DNA of 64,000 bases from Candidatus Bathyarchaeota archaeon (lineage in GTDB: Archaea > Thermoproteota > Bathyarchaeia > Bathyarchaeales > Bathycorpusculaceae). Shown here one piece after another: positions 39,988-49,335 of the stretch (positions are counted from its first letter, which is position 1; the number at the start of each line of letters is the position of its first letter). Made by a program: the position numbers and the translations under genes. Where the stretch lies: positions 14,130 through 78,129 of the forward strand of contig CAWHXY010000001.1 in the NCBI GenBank assembly GCA_963833575.1. The letters are read 5' to 3'. A model generated the notes under the pieces. It had not been told where the DNA came from, did not search any database, and saw only the letters and a program-made list of their open reading frames with translations.

Positions 39988-40269
39988 TTATTCTTTGCAT
40001 TGTTTGAGTTCGCTGAGTTCTTGCATGGTTTTGTTGAGTATGAATGTGTCTTGAATAGTTTTAATTGAAGAAACCGGCAAGCAAACGACCACTTTTCCAA
40101 GGTATGGTCTTTTGAAGCCTATCTTCTTTGTGGCTTCATCTGTTAAGGCAACGTAGAAATTGTTTATTTGCCAGGTGTTCATGTCTAGTTCTGCGCTTTC
40201 AACTTCGCCAAGCAAAAAGGCGTCTGAACTGTATGCTTTTTTCCAAAATATTCTGCTTATTTCAACCAT
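39988..40269 (-). CDS. PRC-barrel domain protein
   Basis: 'K.AY.SDA..LGEV...ELD..TW.I...V...LP...I..I.D..IL'. Confidence 0.75.
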   Translation of the reverse strand: MVEISRIFWKKAYSSDAFLLGEVESAELDMNTWQINNFYVALTDEATKKIGFKRPYLGKVVVCLPVSSIKTIQDTFILNKTMQELSELKQCKE

Positions 40270-40379
40270 TTAGAAACCTCGCTATTAAACTTACAAGCGC
40301 ATCCTTATATCTGTTTTTTAAAGGGAAAGTGCGAAATCCTTTTTTACACCACAAACTCATAGTTTATTTGGTAATTTTT

Positions 40380-40757
40380 ATGACTTCTCAAAATCAAACA
40401 AAAGAGCTTACTCCTGAAGAGGAACGTGTTATAGTCAAAAAGGGCACGGAGATCCCTTTCACTGGGAAATACTTTGCTTTTTGGGAAAAAGGCACCTATG
40501 TTTGCAAACGTTGCGGCGCAAAACTGTACCGTTCAGAAAACAAGTTTGAAGCAGATTGCGGGTGGCCAAGCTTTGACGGGGAAATACCTGGCGCTGTAAA
40601 ACGGTTGCCCGACCCTGACGGCGTACGAACAGAAATACAATGCGTCAACTGCGGCGCCCACTTAGGCCACGTCTTCACAGGTGAACACTTCACCGAAAAG
40701 AACACTCGGCACTGCGTAAACTCAATTTCAATGGATTTCATCCCAGACAAAGTCTAA
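40380..40757 (+). CDS. msrB: Peptide methionine-R-sulfoxide reductase MsrB (Cys form, Zn-binding)
   Basis: 'GTE.PF.G', CxxC twice, 'GWPSF', 'HLGHVF', 'RHCVNS'; ATG at 40380. Confidence 0.92.
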   Translation: MTSQNQTKELTPEEERVIVKKGTEIPFTGKYFAFWEKGTYVCKRCGAKLYRSENKFEADCGWPSFDGEIPGAVKRLPDPDGVRTEIQCVNCGAHLGHVFTGEHFTEKNTRHCVNSISMDFIPDKV

Positions 40758-40826
40758 GCTTAAAGAAATGAAAAACAAGATTCAATAGCCAAAAAAATGA
40801 CGTAATTATTTAGGAGCTAAAAGGGA

Positions 40827-41150
40827 ATGTCTAAAGAACTTGTTGCAGAAGTCTCAAACATTGCAGATTTAATTGATTATCAGGATGGCTCAGTGGTTAG
40901 CCGAACATTAATTGACAAGAAGACAGGCACGGTAACATTGTTTGCGTTTGACAACGGTCAAGGTTTAAGTGAGCACACCGCGCCTTACGACGCACTGGTT
41001 TACATTCTTGACGGAGAAGTAGAAATCACAATATCAGGCAAACCTCTAAGACTAAAACAAGGAGAAATGACCATTATGCCAGCTAACAAGCAACATGCCT
41101 TAACTGCAAAAACAAAGTTCAAAATGCTTCTAACAATGATAAAATCCTAA
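40827..41150 (+). CDS. Cupin domain protein
   Basis: 'FAFD.GQGLSEHTAP.DA...LDGE...MPA...HAL.A'. Confidence 0.9.
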   Translation: MSKELVAEVSNIADLIDYQDGSVVSRTLIDKKTGTVTLFAFDNGQGLSEHTAPYDALVYILDGEVEITISGKPLRLKQGEMTIMPANKQHALTAKTKFKMLLTMIKS

Positions 41151-41390
41151 CCCAACTTCCTTCCCAGGTATATCAAAACAATAGTCTCTAATTGCTCTTC
41201 TAATTATCATAATTGATTTCTCATTTGGATTGGTAACCCATAGCAAACAACGTTTCAGGCTCAATCTCCTTAGGGATTTTCTAGCACAATGTGGCTAGTT
41301 TATCTTTTGAAAATTGAGATTTGCTGCAACTTTTTTTCTTTGTGTTTTGGGTTGCTTTTTTGATTTAGCGTTTGCTGCGTTTGCAGGTTG

Positions 41391-41480
41391 CGTACAGATT
41401 CGGCTAGATTCGTACAGTTTCGTAGAGAAAAGTATGGAAAAGTATGAAAAAGGTTAGTAAAGTATGGAAAAGGTCGTTGG
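41391..41480 (+). repeat. Degenerate 10-nt-period tandem array
   Basis: cgtacagatt/cggctagatt/cgtacagttt/cgtagagaaa/agtatggaaa/agtatgaaaa/aggttagtaa/agtatggaaa/aggtcgttgg. Confidence 0.7.
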
Positions 41481-41570
41481 AGATTGGTTGGTTTGTTTGA
41501 AAGTGGCTGAATTTTGAGAAGCTCATTTCAGTAGGCTTTCTTGGTTTGGGGTTTGGTTCGTTTGCAAGTT

Positions 41571-41630
41571 GCGACTCTATTCGACCCTACGCGCCCTTCT
41601 CGATTCCTTCTAACTCCTATTGTGACACTA
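41571..41630 (-). repeat. Second degenerate ~10-nt-period array, purine-rich on the minus strand
   Basis: Plus strand gcgactctat/tcgaccctac/gcgcccttct/cgattccttc/taactcctat. Confidence 0.5.
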
Positions 41631-41688
41631 CCCTGGCAGACTTGTTTGTTTTGACTCGCTGATTTTTTGGGTATTGCTTAGTCTAACT

Positions 41689-42306
41689 TTAGGTGAACTC
41701 TTTGCCCCAGTAGTTCTTGAATGCATAGTTTTTGAGCTTTTTTCTGGGAGGTGTAGTTGGCTGTTCAGCGGGGTAACCCATCAGAATCAACGCTTGAGGC
41801 TCAACATCGCTTGGAATCTTTAGCACTTTTCTAACTGTGCCTTTGCAAAAGCCCGGTGCACAGAACCAGCATGCACCTAAACCCTTGGCATGTGCTGTCA
41901 ACAGCATATTTTGTATAGCTGCCCCCAAACCTTGGATAGCCAAATCCCTCTCGCAATCTCTCAGCTTTTTGTCCGGAAATTTTTTCATCTCGTTCATAGT
42001 AAAACAGGCAAGTATGAGTACAGGAGCGGTAGCGAACCTATCGATCCTTTTTTTTCGTATTTCTTCTTCAATTTTTAAGCCGTCCTTAGCCATGTCGGCA
42101 GTCCACGATTCAGCCATAGAATCTGCTAATTCCTGCTTTACTGAAATGTCTTCTAAAACGATGAACCGCCAGGGTTGAGCGTTATGAGCTGAAGGAGCCC
42201 AGCCGGCAGCCAACAAAACGTCTTTGATTAGATCTTGTGAAACAGGCGTGTCTAAGAATTTCCTGATGCTTCGTCTTAATTTTATTTCATCTAGCAAGTA
42301 TGCCAT
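41689..42306 (-). CDS. Nitroreductase-family protein (FbiB C-terminal-like)
   Basis: 'RRSIRKF', 'APSAHN.QPWRF', 'AIQN.LL.AH..GLGACW', 'GYP'. Confidence 0.88.
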   Translation of the reverse strand: MAYLLDEIKLRRSIRKFLDTPVSQDLIKDVLLAAGWAPSAHNAQPWRFIVLEDISVKQELADSMAESWTADMAKDGLKIEEEIRKKRIDRFATAPVLILACFTMNEMKKFPDKKLRDCERDLAIQGLGAAIQNMLLTAHAKGLGACWFCAPGFCKGTVRKVLKIPSDVEPQALILMGYPAEQPTTPPRKKLKNYAFKNYWGKEFT

Positions 42307-42347
42307 GAATAGCTGTATGTTAGCACTCTTTTTATCTCTTATTTACT

Positions 42348-43667
42348 TCATTCTTGAAGTGGCTTTGTTTTTCTGCCATTTATGACCAGTCTAAGCACAA
42401 CTACAACTATTATCACAATTGCAATTGCAGCAACTATTCCATAAACAATCTGAATAAAGCTCGATTGCGTCGTTGTTCCACTATGCGGGGCTATCGGGCT
42501 TGAAGAGGAGCCTGTTAGTAATGGTAAACTTGCCCAGAGTTGAAGTTCTGGTGCAGCTTCCGTTTCAGGTAAACTTACGATCACTTCGTGCGTCGAATGG
42601 TGATAAACGAAGTAGAGGATCTGGGAATCGCCTACGGTGTTGGCGGTGAAGTTTATGTCTTGTTTGTCGACGTAAATTTTCAGGCCAGCAAGATTGGGCA
42701 GCAGGGTTTTGGAGACGGTGATGTTTACGTAGCCTGTTGTTCCTGGTGGTCCGCTTACGGTGAAGGACAGTTCTTCTGAGGTTGAGTTAAATGCCAGTGA
42801 GGAAACGGTTGAGTTTGATGTTATTGAGAACGTTGGCTGGGTTTGGTCGCTTGAAGTTGGTATAGGGCTGGGTGTATTCAAAAGATTAGGTGTCTGCTGA
42901 ACAGTTATGTTGTCTATTTGGAAGTTGGTCCAGCCCCACCAGGAGCCCCAGGCGGCTTCATCTTCTGGTGATACGGGTAGATCAAATATGGGTGGCTCGC
43001 CAACGATGATTGTTGTAGGCCTCAAATCTGATTGGGCTTGAGCAACTTGATTTCCGTTAACATAAACTAAGTAGGTTCCGTTAATGTATCTTAACTCATA
43101 AGTTTGTTCTGGAGAGGATGGCTTAAAACCCGAATAGTCCACTTCGTAAACTGCCTTGTTTAAGAGTTCTATGTAAATATCTGTTTGGTTATTACTGACT
43201 AATTGTCCAGTTTGTGGATCGACCACTGTTCCTTTATCCGCTGCCCAAACATCAAATATTTTATTGTGCCAAGTGCCGTCAGACTGGTCAATAGTAGGTG
43301 TTCCATTACCTATCATTAGTCCGTCTCCCCAGTCAGCAATACAGGTATATTGTAAGCTAAACTCCAAAACGAAGTCGCCACTGGTTGGAAACGGATTATT
43401 GATTGTTTGAATGAACGGAAATGCTGAACCATTGCTTGACATGTACAAGTAGCTGTTTGCCACAGTAATATTGCCGCCGTACGCTGGGTTACCAGATAAA
43501 TCAACGTTTTGTTCCTGTACCTGCCACTTAGAAGCGTCAACTGCCGAACCTTCGAAATGGTCAGAAAAAAAACTTGAATCCTGAGCTTTGGCTGATTGGA
43601 TACTGACAAACGGGGAAAGTACAAATATAATCAAAACTAAAACAGCGAATAGACCTGAATTTTTCAA
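42348..43667 (-). CDS. Secreted, membrane-anchored beta-sandwich (ConA/LamG-like) surface protein
   Basis: Signal peptide, 'F.D.F.G..VD..KW', 'IDNI.V', Ser/Thr/Pro linker, 'SNST...SFTVSGP.GTTGY...Y.HSTH' module, C-terminal TM. Confidence 0.7.
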   Translation of the reverse strand: MKNSGLFAVLVLIIFVLSPFVSIQSAKAQDSSFFSDHFEGSAVDASKWQVQEQNVDLSGNPAYGGNITVANSYLYMSSNGSAFPFIQTINNPFPTSGDFVLEFSLQYTCIADWGDGLMIGNGTPTIDQSDGTWHNKIFDVWAADKGTVVDPQTGQLVSNNQTDIYIELLNKAVYEVDYSGFKPSSPEQTYELRYINGTYLVYVNGNQVAQAQSDLRPTTIIVGEPPIFDLPVSPEDEAAWGSWWGWTNFQIDNITVQQTPNLLNTPSPIPTSSDQTQPTFSITSNSTVSSLAFNSTSEELSFTVSGPPGTTGYVNITVSKTLLPNLAGLKIYVDKQDINFTANTVGDSQILYFVYHHSTHEVIVSLPETEAAPELQLWASLPLLTGSSSSPIAPHSGTTTQSSFIQIVYGIVAAIAIVIIVVVVLRLVINGRKTKPLQE

Positions 43668-43802
43668 TTACTTGACCCTCAGCTCTACCCTATTAGATTA
43701 AAGTTTTACTAATTTTAAGATTTCTTATCAAGTTTCTTGACTAAACGAATTAACATTTACTCAAAATTTCTTAACTAGAAACGTGCCCTATCAGTTAGTT
43801 TC

Positions 43803-44831
43803 CTAAGCCCTATTTGGCTCCAAAATAACCTTTAGTGATTGGCCAGCTTCAGCCATCAACTTGAAGCCTTCCTGTGCCTCGCTCAAACTAAGTCTGTGCG
43901 TGATCATATCTTTGATATTGAGTTGTTTAGTTGCTAAAACGCGCATTGATTCTTCCAAATCATTTGGCGCTGCTCCGTAGCTGGTGCGCATGGTTATTTC
44001 GTTTCTCCAGAACTGGTTAATTGGAACTGGAAGCTTCACCGTTGGATCGGGCACAGCAAAAAACAATATAGTTCCCCCATTTTCTACACAGTCTAAAGCT
44101 GTCAAAGCAGCTGACGTCGCTCCAGTGCAGACAATCACTTGGTCTGCTAGCCGTCCATTGTTGATTTCTTTTAGTTTCTGAGGAAGGTTCTCCTTTGCGT
44201 TTAATGTTTGGTTTGCGCCAAATTTTTTTGCAAGTTCCAGTCTGTATGAGTTAATGTCCGCTACAACAATGTTTTCTAAGCCTTTAAATTTAGCAAGTTG
44301 TGTATGCAAGATCCCTGATATGCCGCCGCCTACAATTAGAACTGTATCGTCTTTTTTTAGAACAGCTAGGCGTTGCCCTCTCGACACGCATGCTAGTGGC
44401 TCAATAAAGGTGCCTTCTTCAAAAGACATGTCTTCGGGCAGCTTGTAGATTCCGAAATCGATGTTTATTTTTGGGACTCGAATGTATTGTGAGAAGCCGC
44501 CTGGGTAATAATTTGTTGTATGTAGTGTATGGCAGGCTGTGTTGGAGCCTCTTTGGCAGTAACGGCATTGGTTACAGGGTACGTGGTGAGAAACAAAGAC
44601 TCTGTCACCAACTTTTACGCCTTTAGCTTTGCTGCCGACATTCTCGATGACGCCTGTTGCTTCATGTCCCAACACACGCGGTGCTTTTGGCACTCGGTAC
44701 CATTCAATAACGTCGCTGCCGCATATGCCGCTAGCCATAACTTTAAGCAACGCTTCGTCATCGCCGATGTTTGGGATTGGTATCTCTTCGATGCGAACGT
44801 CATGGTTGTTGTAGTAGACAGCGGCTAGCAA
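43803..44831 (-). CDS. Zn-dependent medium-chain (sugar-alcohol-type) dehydrogenase
   Basis: 'GICGSD', 'LGHE..G', 'C..C.YC..G...C', 'EPLAC', 'G.G.SG'. Confidence 0.9.
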   Translation of the reverse strand: MLAAVYYNNHDVRIEEIPIPNIGDDEALLKVMASGICGSDVIEWYRVPKAPRVLGHEATGVIENVGSKAKGVKVGDRVFVSHHVPCNQCRYCQRGSNTACHTLHTTNYYPGGFSQYIRVPKINIDFGIYKLPEDMSFEEGTFIEPLACVSRGQRLAVLKKDDTVLIVGGGISGILHTQLAKFKGLENIVVADINSYRLELAKKFGANQTLNAKENLPQKLKEINNGRLADQVIVCTGATSAALTALDCVENGGTILFFAVPDPTVKLPVPINQFWRNEITMRTSYGAAPNDLEESMRVLATKQLNIKDMITHRLSLSEAQEGFKLMAEAGQSLKVILEPNRA

Positions 44832-44857
44832 CTTTTTTCACCAAAAGAAAGTTTGGG

Positions 44858-45655
44858 TTAAGCTTTGCCTGCTTTTATTTGATTGAAGAGATCGAAGGCT
44901 TCTTGCGGTGTATAGTTTTCATGGATGATAGCTCGGAGTCCTCTTATGGCAGCCACAGGGTTTTCGGTTTGCCAAACGTTCCTTCCCAAGTTAACACCTA
45001 TAGCGCCCTTCTGCATACCATCATAGACAAAGTCGAATACTTCTTTTTGTGTTTCAGCTTTAGGTCCGCCTGCCATAACAACTGGCACTGGGCAGCCGTC
45101 AACAACTTTTTCAAAGTTTTCTTTGCAATAGTATGTTTTGACAACTCTTGCGCCTATTTCAGCTGAAACTCTGGCAACCAAAGCTAAGTAGCGGGCTTCT
45201 CGTTTTTCAAGTTCTTTTCCAACCGCTGAAACAGCCATAACTGGAACGCCATACTCTTCGCATTCATCAACGAGTTTAGCTAGATTGCTTAGACTTTTAT
45301 TTTCATATTTTGTTCCTGCAAAAACAGACATAGAAACTGCACTAACGTTTAAACGCAGAATCTCTTCAATTGATGTGACTACGCTTTCGTTAGCTAGGTC
45401 TTCACCTACAACCGTTACTGCTCCGGAAACTCGTAGTATGATAGGTTTCTCAATTGCTGGATCAATGCAATTGCGCAAAACGCCGCGAGTAAGCATGATT
45501 GCATCAGCATACTGGTATATTGGTTTGATTGTTTGTTCAGGTTTCTCAAGACCATGTGTTGGTCCTTGGAAGTATCCGTGATCAACGGGTAAAAAGAGGG
45601 CTTTGCCATCTTTCTGTATAAGTCGGCTTAATCTGTTTTTCATACCCCAATCCAT
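44858..45655 (-). CDS. lsrF: LsrF-type thiolase / DhnA class I aldolase
   Basis: 'MDWGMKNRL', 'DHGYFQGP', 'TRG.LR', Schiff-base Lys in 'VKTYY', 'AGGPK', 'GRN.WQ'. Confidence 0.85.
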   Translation of the reverse strand: MDWGMKNRLSRLIQKDGKALFLPVDHGYFQGPTHGLEKPEQTIKPIYQYADAIMLTRGVLRNCIDPAIEKPIILRVSGAVTVVGEDLANESVVTSIEEILRLNVSAVSMSVFAGTKYENKSLSNLAKLVDECEEYGVPVMAVSAVGKELEKREARYLALVARVSAEIGARVVKTYYCKENFEKVVDGCPVPVVMAGGPKAETQKEVFDFVYDGMQKGAIGVNLGRNVWQTENPVAAIRGLRAIIHENYTPQEAFDLFNQIKAGKA

Positions 45656-45873
45656 TACTATTTCTCCGAGGAAGCTTTTGGTTTAAGAATTAAATAACTT
45701 TATGGTTTTATTAAATTAATAAAGGTGCCAATGTGTGAAATATTTAGGTAACTATTTCTTGTTTTCAGTAATTTTAACAATTGACCATTTATTATGAAAA
45801 ATTAAGCATAAATCACAACCAAATTTATATTTGGCTAATCATGTAAACAGTAAAATACAAAAGAGTTGAAAAG

Positions 45874-46029
45874 ATGCACGCATGCCCTCAATGTAAAACG
45901 ACAATGGAATCAAAAGGAGAAACGTCCGACGAAGGTGGAGGTATCATTTTTTATCAATGCCCTAAATGCAAAAACATCCAACTCTACACATTACAGTGTC
46001 AGAACAAATTTAGAATGAGCTACCCTTAG
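45874..46029 (+). CDS. Putative 51-aa zinc-ribbon microprotein, not in the ORF track
   Basis: MHACPQCKTTMESKGETSDEGGGIIFYQCPKCKNIQLYTLQCQNKFRMSYP; two CPxC knuckles; TTTATAT upstream. Confidence 0.65.
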   Translation: MHACPQCKTTMESKGETSDEGGGIIFYQCPKCKNIQLYTLQCQNKFRMSYP

Positions 46030-46050
46030 GTTTACGCTCATGTTTTCCTT

Positions 46051-46263
46051 TCAAGTCTTTGGTTTGACGATGACGTACCCTTTTTCTATGAGCCAATGAT
46101 GAAACTGCCAAGTTGTATATAGGCAAGCGTTACTGCATTTTTGCTTTGTTTGCTCATAAACTGGAGACCCCTCTTCAAGTCTGTTTAGTTCCATTTGTAC
46201 TTGGCATTGAACATCTTTGCAGAATTCTCTGCGCTTATATTCCACATATCCATCAATTGTCAT
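46051..46263 (-). CDS. Small Cys/His-containing hypothetical protein
   Basis: 'Y.RREFC.D..C..Q...C...C..T.WQFHHWL...GY', possible metal ligands. Confidence 0.7.
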   Translation of the reverse strand: MTIDGYVEYKRREFCKDVQCQVQMELNRLEEGSPVYEQTKQKCSNACLYTTWQFHHWLIEKGYVIVKPKT

Positions 46264-46355
46264 TTTTCATCGGTGGCTAACTCCTCGCTTAAACTTAATA
46301 AGCCTTGTTTTTCCGCGAAGCATGCGCTTTTAAGGTACGTTTCCAATTTTGCTGT

Positions 46356-47027
46356 ATGCCTATCCTGTATCTGCTAGGTGGAGAAAACGTCTTTAGACGA
46401 AGTGCAAAGGAGGTAAACGAGAGAGCCTTCCAAGATGCAGGAAAACCACTAAATGTTCTTGTGTTTTCTTGGGCAAGAGCTTCATTTGATAATTCGTACA
46501 AGAGAAGAAAAACACTGGTTGATTATTTCATAAGTCTTGGCGCTGACTCAATTAACTATGTGGATTTCTCTGATTCGAATGAAGTAATCGCTAGAAAGAT
46601 GTCTGATTCTAACTTAGTTTACTTGACAGGAGGGCTTCCAACCATCCTGCTTGAGCGTCTTAAGAAAATGCGTGTTGACCATTTGCTGCATGATTATTGC
46701 GGAGTTATTGTTGGGCGAAGTGCAGGAGCTTTGGCACTTTGTCGTAAATGCGTAATCACTTGTCGCAGTAGTTTAGAATCCAAAATTATTAATGGCCTAG
46801 GTATAGTAGACATGACGCTCAAAGTTCACTATGAACCAGAAAAAGATGATACTTTGAAAGCGCTGTCAAAGAAAGAGACAATTTATGCCCTGCCTGAGAG
46901 TTCAGCGATAATTTACAGTAATGGTGTTTGCTCATTTATAGGAAATGTTTTCTTATTTCAGGAAGGACAAATGCGAACATTGCAAAAAGTTGACACTAAT
47001 CCAGTTCAAACGGTCAAACCCAAGTAA
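46356..47027 (+). CDS. Peptidase S51 (dipeptidase E / class I GATase-like)
   Basis: 'YLTGG', nucleophile elbow 'GRSAGA', 'GLG....VHY'; likely ATG at 46356. Confidence 0.85.
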   Translation: MPILYLLGGENVFRRSAKEVNERAFQDAGKPLNVLVFSWARASFDNSYKRRKTLVDYFISLGADSINYVDFSDSNEVIARKMSDSNLVYLTGGLPTILLERLKKMRVDHLLHDYCGVIVGRSAGALALCRKCVITCRSSLESKIINGLGIVDMTLKVHYEPEKDDTLKALSKKETIYALPESSAIIYSNGVCSFIGNVFLFQEGQMRTLQKVDTNPVQTVKPK

Positions 47028-47075
47028 AATTATATAATCAAACAAAATCCAATATTATAACAAATCAAATGGAGA

Positions 47076-47969
47076 ATGACAACAATGGCCGTAACATACA
47101 ATTTGGGAACTGGACCCACTGCATGGTATACTACTTCTCAGGATGGAAGCGTCACCGTTACTGTTAAAAGCGGCTCTCCCCTAAAACCCAAAGTGATTTA
47201 TGCAGGCGACGCCAGCCTAGAGTCTTACTGGACTAATACAGGTAAGACCAGTAGTTGGCATTTTGCCCCCAAGCTACTGAATCCAACCCAAGTGCAATAC
47301 AACGAGTCCACGGACGAATACCAAAACCAAATCATCACCATTGACTTAGGCAATCAAGTGTTTCCAGCCTCAGGACTCGTACTGCCCGACCTGACAGGCG
47401 AAATCAAAGCACCCGCAATCCACTTTGATCTGCCCCATGCCTATGATCTATGGGTAGCTATTCTGCGTTCTCCATCATCTCCCATAAAAATAGGTATAGA
47501 AAAATCGCCTCTTACCATATCCCATAGTTCGGCGCAAGCTATGGCTCAAATTGAAAGCGAGACAGCTGACCCTGAAGAAATTTCGACTCTGCGTGCCGAC
47601 GTTTCAGTGAATGGTGAGGGCTTTAAGAAAGTTTGGCTTTCGATCAAAAGAAGCATCCAAAGAGCCTCATTCGAAGAAACCATTGGGGATCTGACCAACG
47701 GTCTTGAAACATTCACTTGGAAACCCACCATTAGGAGCTTCGATACAATACTTGTGACGTACTCAGACATGTTCATGAACCACTTTGCAGGCTTGTTACA
47801 ACAGCTCGGCGCAGAAACTAACCGAAACTTCTTAGCGTTCCGATCTTATTTACCAAAACCCTTTGTACTCTGCGACGGCGAAGGCATAGACTATAAAGTG
47901 CTCTTAACGGGAGAAAAACACATTTTAGGACATGAAAAAGACGAAACCCAAATTACATTAACCATGTAG
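47076..47969 (+). CDS. Hypothetical protein
   Basis: 297-aa ORF with GGAG RBS and TTATATAA box; no recognisable motif. Confidence 0.7.
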   Translation: MTTMAVTYNLGTGPTAWYTTSQDGSVTVTVKSGSPLKPKVIYAGDASLESYWTNTGKTSSWHFAPKLLNPTQVQYNESTDEYQNQIITIDLGNQVFPASGLVLPDLTGEIKAPAIHFDLPHAYDLWVAILRSPSSPIKIGIEKSPLTISHSSAQAMAQIESETADPEEISTLRADVSVNGEGFKKVWLSIKRSIQRASFEETIGDLTNGLETFTWKPTIRSFDTILVTYSDMFMNHFAGLLQQLGAETNRNFLAFRSYLPKPFVLCDGEGIDYKVLLTGEKHILGHEKDETQITLTM

Positions 47970-47985
47970 CCTAAATCGTCTTTTG

Positions 47986-48225
47986 TTAGTTCTTTGAAGA
48001 CTTCCGAGAAACCGCTAAAATAACCGCAACCAACACAAAGACAAGGAGCACAATCCCCAATACAGTAAGCGGAATCCTAAAGACAGGTTCACCATGAAGA
48101 ACCGTTGTAGAAGGGTGCATGAACATTCCTCCCAGATAAGCTGTTAAGAAAAATCCTACAAAAACTGCGCCTATACCCTGAAAAGCAAACAGCAAGTTAC
48201 GTATCATCTTATTATTATGTTCCAA
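47986..48225 (-). CDS. Small 2-TM membrane protein
   Basis: Two hydrophobic helices, basic tail, TTTATATA upstream on the minus strand. Confidence 0.7.
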   Translation of the reverse strand: MEHNNKMIRNLLFAFQGIGAVFVGFFLTAYLGGMFMHPSTTVLHGEPVFRIPLTVLGIVLLVFVLVAVILAVSRKSSKN

Positions 48226-48340
48226 AGCAAAGCCTCATCAAATACTAACAAACATTTTAATTATATAAAACTTTAATTCAAGTTAACCGACAAACCGAAA
48301 GTATAATATATTCAACTAGCCGAATGTTTTTCACACGACC

Positions 48341-49255
48341 GTGATTCTAATGACAGAGCCTAAAACAGTTACTCCGCTGAAAGTTGGTTTTCTCTTAGTT
48401 GTTGCCTCATATTTCTTATTCACTTTGCATGCGATGTTTACGCTTCAATGGTGGAACGAATGGAACTTCGGAGGGTCATTCAACTTTGGTGTTTTCATAA
48501 CCGACGTAGCGGCGTTTCCTGGGCTTGTAGTCCGTTTTACAGGCAGCCTAATTGCTTTAATTGCAGTCGTTCTTGCTATAACCAAAAAAGGTCTGCCCCA
48601 ATCCTCCATTTACAAACTTCTCAAAATAGTTCTAGTCTTAGAAGCCCTTTACTGGTTAACTCTATTGCCATCAGGAATCTGGGGAACCTTGCCAACGGCT
48701 GCGGGTTTTAACCTAAGCTTTCTAGTATCGACTGGGGTACCATGCTTAGTGGCATCGATAAGCATCCCTATTTGCTTGTTTGCACTTGTACGAAATCTGG
48801 GGCAAAACAAGCCTCAAAAGGCGGCAATCAAATGGTCGATGATTGCCGGGATATTCTACGTTTTGTCTTTCTGGCTTAACAACAGCGGCATGTGGATAAT
48901 TACAGTAATGCAAACAGGCTTTGGATATGTCCTTAATACACCCCAATACATGATAAGTTTTTCAGCCACTTTGTTCGGATTACTTGCACTAGCAATCTTC
49001 ACAGCGTACCTTGCCAAGAAATCAATGGGAACAGAACAAGTACAGAACTTAAGGATTAGATCAATCGGTGCTATCTTAACCGCTTTAGGTGTATACTACT
49101 TGTGGAACTATTTAACATGGATTTTCTTTGGTGGCTGGAACCAGTGGTATGCATGGATTCTCGGTCACAACTTGGACCTTTGGCTGCTTTCGCTTCCACT
49201 CTTAGGGATTCCTTTGCTTTTCACTAAAAAAGCTGATCTAGAAAATAATCCATAA
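48341..49255 (+). CDS. Polytopic membrane protein (~8 TM), possibly an internal duplication
   Basis: Hydrophobic segments throughout. Confidence 0.75.
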   Translation: MILMTEPKTVTPLKVGFLLVVASYFLFTLHAMFTLQWWNEWNFGGSFNFGVFITDVAAFPGLVVRFTGSLIALIAVVLAITKKGLPQSSIYKLLKIVLVLEALYWLTLLPSGIWGTLPTAAGFNLSFLVSTGVPCLVASISIPICLFALVRNLGQNKPQKAAIKWSMIAGIFYVLSFWLNNSGMWIITVMQTGFGYVLNTPQYMISFSATLFGLLALAIFTAYLAKKSMGTEQVQNLRIRSIGAILTALGVYYLWNYLTWIFFGGWNQWYAWILGHNLDLWLLSLPLLGIPLLFTKKADLENNP

Positions 49256-49335
49256 TCTTGCTGAGTATAACCACAGAAACCATTTCTGTCGGTAAGGTTT
49301 AAGTGGTTCTTTCAACCTTTTAGAATTGGATTTTT

